Origin: the human T2T-CHM13v2.0 reference genome, Homo sapiens
Strand: one strand, 5' to 3'
DNA: 64,000 nucleotides
Assembly (NCBI RefSeq): GCF_009914755.1
Contig: NC_060948.1
Position numbers and translations under genes: made by a program. The notes under the pieces are model-generated. The model was given only the letters and a program-made list of their open reading frames with translations, made no database searches and was not told the origin of the DNA. Shown here in pieces: positions 56,124-64,000 of the stretch (the first letter of the stretch is position 1; each line of letters begins with the position of its first letter).

Positions 56124-58493
56124 ATATCACCTATGTGCTTCCATCAAAATATGTCACAATTTAACATGGGGGCAGAAACTATGCAGAAGAGCCACATCAC
56201 TTGGGTGCTGGGTCCTGTGATATGTCACAAAGTGCTCTTAACACAGCACCTAGCCAAGAGAAATACATCATACTAGGTGAAGGGTCTCTGCTTATGACAC
56301 AATGCTTCATCTGGTTAGGACCCAGGGAGAGAGTCACTTCATTTAGGTGATAGGCCCAGAGATATGTCACAATGTACTGTGTGAAGCATAGCCCTGGAAA
56401 AGGGTACCATCACCTGTGTGCCTGGCCTAGAAGCGTGTCACTTTCGAGGTTGGAAGGACCCTAGCAGGAGAGCCACATAATGTAGGTGATAGACCCAGAG
56501 ATATGTCACATTGCCCTCCTCCAGGCATCCACAGGATAAGGAGGAACCTTGCCTGTGCGCCGGTCCTTGCGCTATGTCACTATCATTCTGTTGTGCAGTG
56601 CCCATTCCAGAGAGGAGACTCACATCAACTATGAGGTAAACACAGAAATATGTCACAATAATTTTGGTGGGCAGGGTGCAAGTAAGGATGTAACGTTACC
56701 TGGGAGCTAGGTCCAGTGATATGTCACAATCATTACTGAGAGATAGGACAAGGCAGGAAAGTCATGTCACCTCGAGGTTGGCCTAGGTAGATTTCATAAC
56801 CCCACCTATGAGCTGGAACAAGTCCGGAGCCTCAGATTACACAAGTGCTTAGCAAAAATTTATATCATACTCACACTGTCAGAAAATTCCAAAGATGAGA
56901 TTTACCATCTTACCACACATGCCCTGTTTCATGTGTGACAGTTACCTTTATCCATGTGAGATAATGAGTTCTTACTTTCAGCTGGGTGTGCAAACAAGAC
57001 TCATGATTTCATCTGTGTGCTGAGCCCTGCTTTGACTTTGTGTGTATGACCCAAAGACTTTGTAAAATATGTATGAGTGTTGTAATATTTTGTGACCTTT
57101 GTACAAGAAGGAGATCCAGGACATCATGCATGTCCCTAAACTGAGTTATAAGATGCAAAATATCCTCTATTGGCTGAGTCCACACATGAGAGTCATTATC
57201 ATGGCTGTGAGCCATGCATAGGTATATGTTACAATTCACTCTGTGGTTAAGAAGGAGGCCTGACAGCCATATCACATAAATGCTGGGTCAGAAATATTCC
57301 AATATTCTTTTTGTAGTCAGAGCCCTCTCAGAAATATCACATAACTTATGTGCTATGTCCAGCTCTATGGCTCAATATCCCTTGTGGACAGTGTCTAGGC
57401 AGGAGAGGAGAGTAATATCACCTAAATGATGGGCCCAAAATTTTGTCACAATTCTTCCTGTTGACAGGTCCCAGGCAAGAGTGTCATATCATTTGGATGC
57501 AGGGATTATAAATACTACAATCCACCAAAGAAGCAGGGTACAGGCAGGAGAGAAGAGTCACGTAACCTAGATGAAGGGCACAGAAATATGTTACAAGAGC
57601 CCCTGAGGACATTTCAAGATACATCAGCCAGATCACCAAGGTGCTTGACCAATGTATCTGTCAAAATCTCATTTGCTATACCTAGGCAGAATTATTAAAT
57701 CACTCAGGAGTTGAGCAAAGGTATATGTCACAATCAGACTTGTGGAAAGGCTTAAGTCTAAGAGTCACCATCCTGCACAAGTCGTATGCTCTAGTCATAT
57801 GAGTTGTTACTAGGCTTTTGTTTTGGTCTCTGGCACATGGCAGAATATCACCTGTGGCCAGAGAGAACACAAGAAAGTCCCATCACCTATGTGGGTCTGG
57901 GCCACTAAGACATCACTATTCACCTTGTGGGTAGGAACCTGGTGGAAGAGCCACAGCACCTGGATTTCAGTGACATATCAAAAGCCTCTCTTCTGGGCAG
58001 GGCTTTGGCAAGAGAGGAGACTCACTTCACAAAGGCAGTTGGCCTAGATGTTTGCCACAATGTCTATTCCGTGCAGTAACCAAACTGTAGAGTGGCCTCA
58101 CATAGGTGTTTGTCCCAGGAAATATGTCACAATCTGCCTGTGGTCTGGGCCAAGGCGAAAGTGAAGAAACATCACCTAGGTACTGAGCCAAGTGATATGT
58201 TCAATGCTTCCTGTTGGCAGAACCCAAAAAGAAGAATCACATCACTTGAATGCAGTACCCAGTTCTTTGTCACAATGCCCTGTAAGTGCATGGCCAAGGA
58301 AGTAGAAGAGAGTCACATCACTTACAGGATGGACCTAGATATATAACAAAATTCCTTTTGTAGAAAGGTTTCAGGCAGATAACTCACATCATCTGGGTGA
58401 TGGTCCCAGTGACATATGTAAAATTTCCCTTTGAAGGCAGAGCCACGATGGATGTTATCTATTGCTTAGCTGCTTGTTCCACATATGGCACAA

Positions 58494-58512
58494 TTACTTC
58501 TGTGATCTGGGC
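58494..58512 (-). CDS. BPY2: BPY2 last coding segment (R)PRSQK-stop; the exon probably continues as 3' UTR to a donor at 58388
   Basis: Acceptor cattttctag|G CCC AGA TCA CAG AAG TAA. Phase fits (AG|G = Arg) and matches the recalled BPY2 C-terminus RPRSQK. Downstream donor GATGAT|gtgagt at 58388/58387. Confidence 0.93.
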
Positions 58513-59204
58513 CTAGAAAATGAGTCAAATTATTCATTTGCTGGACAAAGTGACCTATCCCAATATGACACTCTCATATATGTTCGGAAATAAGTTTCAC
58601 ATCCCACACAAGTCCTGGTTTTGTGTATGTGAGTCAATTCTTTCTGTAAGTTGGATCAAAATGGAGGAGTCAAAATCTCAACAATGGGCAAGATTCATGT
58701 ATAAGAGCCGCAATCCCCCTTGAACATTGTGGTCCAGGAGGGGAGTCACGGCACCACAGGTGTGCTGAATCCTGGTTCAAATGTTAACAAACCACCTGTG
58801 GATCAGGTCCATGTAGGTGAGTAATTATTTCAAACATCGACTGCTTTTTATGTGTGAGATTTAGTCCCTCATTCCTAGACCCTGTTAATATGCGAGAATG
58901 ACAATCATTTCAGTGAAGTGTGCATACAAGAGTCATATTCTTACCTGGTTGCTGGTCTCTGTTATGACACTCTTTGCACCATTAATGCTTTATATGATAT
59001 ACCTGAGTATTATAATCCTTCGTGACTTTTATACAAGTGAAAAACACAGGGCTTTACCCATGGCCGTGAGACTGGCTATGAGAGTCAAAATATTCCTACA
59101 GGCTGGGCCCAGGTATGAGAGTTATTTTTGTCCATGCGTGCTTAACCCAGGTACGTGTCAAAATTTCACCTGTAAGCAGAGACAAGGAAAGGGAGTCAAC
59201 TCAC

Positions 59205-59310
59205 CTCGACACTGAGCCAGTGATACAGCATAATCTCATTTGTATGCTGGGCCTAGTCAGAAGAGTCACTTCACCCGGGTACAGTTTCACATAATATGTC
59301 AGCAAGCCCA
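59205..59310 (-). CDS. BPY2: BPY2 internal coding exon, 106 nt, (V)GLLTYYVKLYPGEVTLLTRPSIQMRLCCITGSVS(R)
   Basis: Acceptor ccctgtccatag|TGG, donor TCGAG|gtgagt. The phase joins the upstream exon (G|TG = Val) and the translation matches recalled BPY2. Confidence 0.95.
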
Positions 59311-62164
59311 CTATGGACAGGGAAGAAAAAAGAGAGGACAGTCAGTCCACCTATGTGCTGGACTCCGCAATATGTAACAACCCTCTCTCTTGGTAGAGTC
59401 TAGAATATGAAGGAGAGTCACATCATGTAGGTTTTTCAATCAGCGGTATGTCACAATTTGTTTGCTGAGCAAGGCTCAGGCAGGAGGTGAGAGTCACATT
59501 ACCTAGATGTTAAGCCAAACAATATTTCACAATGTCTTCTGGGTGCAGGACACTGTCAGAAGAGACAAATCCTCTAGCTTATAGACCCATAGATATGTGA
59601 TAATATCCCCTTTTGGCAGGGTCCAGACAGAAGAGACACATTATGATTCTAACACAGTGATATGTTACAATCCACCCAAGGAAAGGAATTTAAGCCAAAT
59701 AGTCTCAACACCTAAGCACTATGCCTATTAATAGGCCAAATCCCCTTGTCTTTGAGAGTGACATTATAAACTCTGAGCTGGGTGTGTATATGAGAGTAAC
59801 AATTTCACTAGTATCCTGGGCCGTTGCATGACTCTCAACAATTTTCAAAAGCTTTATACATCACGCATGAGAGTTTCAAACCACTCTAAGGCCTACATAT
59901 TCACATGGATTCATGACCTTACATATTCCCCTAAACCCAGGTATAATAGTCAGCATCTCCTCTATAGGCTGGGTTAGAAATGAGACTCATTTTTATGCCT
60001 GTGAGCTGGATCTAGAAATAAGTCACAATCCCACCTGTGGCCAGATCCACATACGAAAGTCACAATTCCAACTTTGCACTGCATTCATTTGTAAAACTCA
60101 GGTTCTTAACAATGGCCTTTGGACATGTAGAATGATGACAGCACTTGCTTTTACCTGGGTGTGTAATCAAGAATCTCAAACTGAACTCTTCACTGGTCCC
60201 TATCACCAAACTCTCTATACCAACAAAGAAGTTCATACATTATGAGTTAGTGTTGTAAAGCTCTGTGAGCTTGGTACAAATATGCAACCCAGACTTTATG
60301 TATTGCCCAAAGCCTAGCAATGAAAGGTAAAATATCTCCTATTGGCTGAATCTCAGTATAAATTTGACCATCATGCCTGTGAACTGAAGTCATAGTCCCA
60401 TTTGTGAGCAAAAAAAGTAGGCCCGAGGGTAACATCACTTAGGTGTTGTGCCAAGCAACATGCCACAGTGCCCTCTCTAGGTAACATAGAGGAATTAGAG
60501 TCATGTTAACTGAGTTCTGGACTCAGCAATATGAAACAATCCATTATGTGGAAACAAACAAAAACAAAAGTGAAAAAAAAAAAAAAAAAAACAGCAAAAA
60601 GATAAGAGCCAAAACACCTACATAATGGGCCCAGGATCTGTGAAAATACCTTCTCTGCCTCCAGCAAAGTCATGAGTTTTATATTTTCAGGATGCTGGGC
60701 CCAGCAGTATGTTATAATATTCTCTACATACAGGACCCACGTAAAGGCGTAACATTATCTGGGTGCTGGGCCCTGCAATAGGCCAAAATTTCTGTTAGTG
60801 GGCATGATTTGAGATTAAAAAAAAAAAAGGTGAATCAAATAACCTGATTGCTAGGTTGAGCAATATTTCACAATCTCTCCATTGTAAAGACCCAGCAGAA
60901 AAAGAGAGTCACTTCCCTTAGTTCATGGGCTCAGAGATATAGTCCAGTGTACCCAGTGAACAGGGCCCAGGCAGAAAGGGAGACTCATATCACCTAAATG
61001 TTTCCCTAGTTATATGCCAAAAACCTTACCCACGGGCAGAAACCAGGCAGAAGAGCCACATCACCTGGGTACAACTGCAAGTAATATGTCACCATCCCCA
61101 GCATAGATAGGTTTCTTATAAAATTAGATAATGACACCACGTGGGTGCTCTGCTCACCAATATGTAACAATTCCCTCTCTTGACAGAGTCCAGGAAAAAA
61201 AGGGGACTTCTGTCACCTAGGCTCTGCACTCAATGGTATATGACAATTTTTTCAGTGAGGAGGATCCAGGCAGTAAAGATGGGTCAAATTTCCTAGATTC
61301 TAAATCCAGCAATATGTCAGTGTCTCCTCTGGGCAAAGTACTGGCAGGAGAGACATATTACATAGCCAATAGGCCTGGAGATATGGGAAAATATCCTCTG
61401 TTTGCAGGGCCCTGGAAGAAGAGTCACATTATTTTGATTCTGACCCAGTGATATGTAACAATGCCCTAATGGAATGAAATTTAAACTAAAAGTTCTCAAC
61501 ACCAGCTAGTAGGGCAAGATATATGACAAAATCTCCTCATCTTTAAGGGTGACACCATTAAATGTTAGCTATCTGTGTATAAGAGAGTCACAATCTCATG
61601 TGTGTGCTTGCCATTGTATGACACTCTCTATAATACCTGAGAACGTTATGCAACATGCATGAGAGTTGCAATCCTCTCTGAGGCCTACAGGCATTTACAG
61701 AATTATGATTATGCATATTGCCCTAAACCCAGGTATGACAGTCAGCATCTCTCCTATAGACTGGTGTTAGGGATGAGATCATTATTATGACTGAGAGTTG
61801 GCTCCAAAAATGAGTCACCATCCCACCTGCGGCCATATTCATTTATGAAAGTCACAACTCCATCTTTGTGGTGTATTTGCTTAGACTCAGGATCTCAACA
61901 ATGGGCTTTGTAGATGTAGGATGGTAAAAACTTACTTTCATCTGAGTGTGCAGTCAAGAATCATAATCTTAACTGTTTGCTGGGCACTGTTAAGAAACCC
62001 TTTGTATCACCCAGGAAATTTTTATTACATGAGTTAGTGTTGTAAACTACTGTGAGCTTTGTAGAAATGTGCAATGAGTAACCTGACTCTTTGACCTAAA
62101 CCTGGTGGTGAGAGGAAAAATCTCTCCTATTGGCTGAATCCCAACATAAGCTTGATCATCATAC

Positions 62165-62282
62165 CTTTGGACTGAAGCAAGGTATTTCTCACATTCCCAT
62201 TTTTTAGCAACCTATGCAGAATATTAACATCACTTAGGTTCTTTGTCAAGCAATATGTCATGATGCCCTCTGTAAGCAGCAC
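62165..62282 (-). CDS. BPY2: BPY2 (VCY2) internal coding exon, 118 nt, VLLTEGIMTYCLTKNLSDVNILHRLLKNGNVRNTLLQSK plus 1 nt
   Basis: Hand translation of the minus strand matches BPY2 residues ~27-65 as I recall them. Acceptor ctttcctag|GTG, donor AAAG|gtatg. Length is 39 codons + 1 nt. Confidence 0.95.
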
Positions 62283-64000
62283 CTAGGAAAGAGGGCCACA
62301 TTAACTGCAGGCTGGAGTCAGCAATATAATACAACCACACGTGGAAGAAATTCAGCAAAGTGGTAAGAGTGAAAACACCTAGAAAATGGGCCAAAGATAT
62401 GTCGAAATACCTTCTGCGGTCCTGGCACAAGCAGGAGAGTCACATCATTAGGGTTCTAGGCCAAGAAATATGCCACAATTTTCTCTTTATGCACAACCTA
62501 GGCAGAAGAGCAGCTTCATCTGGGTACTGGGCCCTGAAATACGGCAAAAGATCTGTTCCTGGGCGTTGTTCAGTTACAAGATGAGAGTCACATTACCTAA
62601 ATGCTGAGCTCATCAATATCTCATAATCTTACCATTGTAAAGCCCTAGACAAAAATAGAGTCACATCACTTAGGTCACAGGCTTAGAAATATGGCCCAAT
62701 ATCACCAGTAGGCTGGGTTCAGACAGAAGAAGAGTCATATTACCTAGATGCTTCTTTAGCTATATGTCACAATTTAATATGTGGGTGAAAACCAGGTTGA
62801 AGAGCCACATCATGTGGTCCTGGGTACTGAGGTATTCACAAGTCCCTCTTAGAAAAGGACCCAGGCAAGAGAGTTATGTCACCTAGGTGCAGATTCCACG
62901 CTTATGTCTCAATACTTCATGTGGGCAGGACCAAGCAGGAAGTCACATCACCTTGGTGATAGGACCAGGTATATATGACAAGGCATTTTTGAAAGCATGG
63001 CCCTGGCAAAAGAGTTCCATCACCATTGTGCCTGGCCTAGCAGTATGTCACTATTCAATTGGGCAAGTTTCAAGCAGAAGAGCCGTATCACCTACACGAT
63101 AGGTCCTGTGATATGTCAAATGCCCTTTTTTGGGCATAGCCCTGGGAAAAGAGCATCATCACCTGTGTGCCTGGCCTAGAAACAGGTCACTATTTTGCCC
63201 AGTGTTCAAGGCCCTTTCCAGAGAGGAGAGTGACATCTTCTAACTGATGGACACTGCAATATGTCACAATGATATCTGCGAGCATGGCGCAAGCAAGAAT
63301 GTAACGTCACCTGTGTGCTGGATCCAATGATGTTATAATTCTGAGTGGAGGGCCCAGGCAAAAGAGTCACGTCACTTCAAGGTTGGCTTAGGTAGATACC
63401 AAAATCCCATAGGTAGGCTGGAACCAATCTGAAGGGTGAACTCACACAGGCACTTGGCAAAGATTTATATCAGTCATGATGGAATAAAATTCTAGGGATT
63501 AGATTTACAATATCAGGCGTGTTCTATTTTTATGTGGGACAATTGCCTTCATCATCTGTAATGGTGAAAGCCGTTACTGTCAGCTGAATGTACATATGAG
63601 AATCCCAATTTTCTCCATGTGCTAGGCCCTGTTATGACTCTCTCTATACGACACAAGGATGTTATAAAATATGTGTGAATGTTGTAATCTTCTGTGACCT
63701 TTTTACCAGAAGGAGATGCTGGATATCACTTATCTCCCTAAGCCTAGTTATAAGAGTCAAAATGTTTCCTATTGGCTGGGTTCACATATGAGAGTCCTTA
63801 TCATGTATTTTAGATGTGTCTACAGATACGGCGCCATCTCATCTGTGGTAATTAAACAGGCAGAAAACGACATCACCTAAATCCTAAGCCAGAAATACCC
63901 CAACTTTATTTTGTAGAGAGGGCCCTAACAGAAATATGACAAAACTTAGGTGCTAGACTCAGCTCTATGGCATAATGCCCTTTGTGGAGTGTGTCCAGGC

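Larger units (their letters stand above)
42108..64000 (+). repeat. Diverged complex beta-satellite array 2 (hosts BPY2), with a ~4.8-kb higher-order period; runs off the window end
   Basis: ATATGTCAC-like motif every ~70 bp (e.g. ~56150, 56220, 56363, 56501, 56572, 56648, 56718). Long-range landmarks recur at ~4.8 kb. Confidence 0.87.

Noticed and set aside
42232-63179. Dozens of 60-139 aa plus-strand ORFs in the satellite
   Set aside because: No recognisable domains, and frames are not conserved between sibling units. Only the spliced minus-strand BPY2 frame is supported.

Overview
Primate genomic DNA, almost certainly from the human (or great-ape) Y-chromosome AZFc amplicon. The right end carries three coding exons of BPY2/VCY2 on the minus strand (62165-62282, 59205-59310, 58494-58512). 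The ORF track misses them because they are spliced; by hand they translate to the C-terminal 80 aa of BPY2 as I recall that protein, with canonical AG/GT boundaries and compatible phases. The N-terminal coding exon should lie just beyond the window end. The rest of the window is an old ~32-kb tandem duplication of a cassette made of AT-rich flank, an old L1 5' half, an orphan ZNF736-like zinc-finger exon, old L1 fragments and a diverged complex beta-satellite array. Copy 1 runs 1-~20500 and copy 2 runs ~32100-64000. Between them lie L1/ERV/Alu debris and a 5'-truncated TRIM60 pseudogene. The most interesting signal is that every BPY2 exon is read antisense from a ~4.8-kb higher-order beta-satellite repeat, with non-coding paralogues of each exon elsewhere in the window. 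This suggests a protein-coding gene born from satellite DNA. Gene and repeat identities come from memory of the families, not from searches, and identities are visual estimates.
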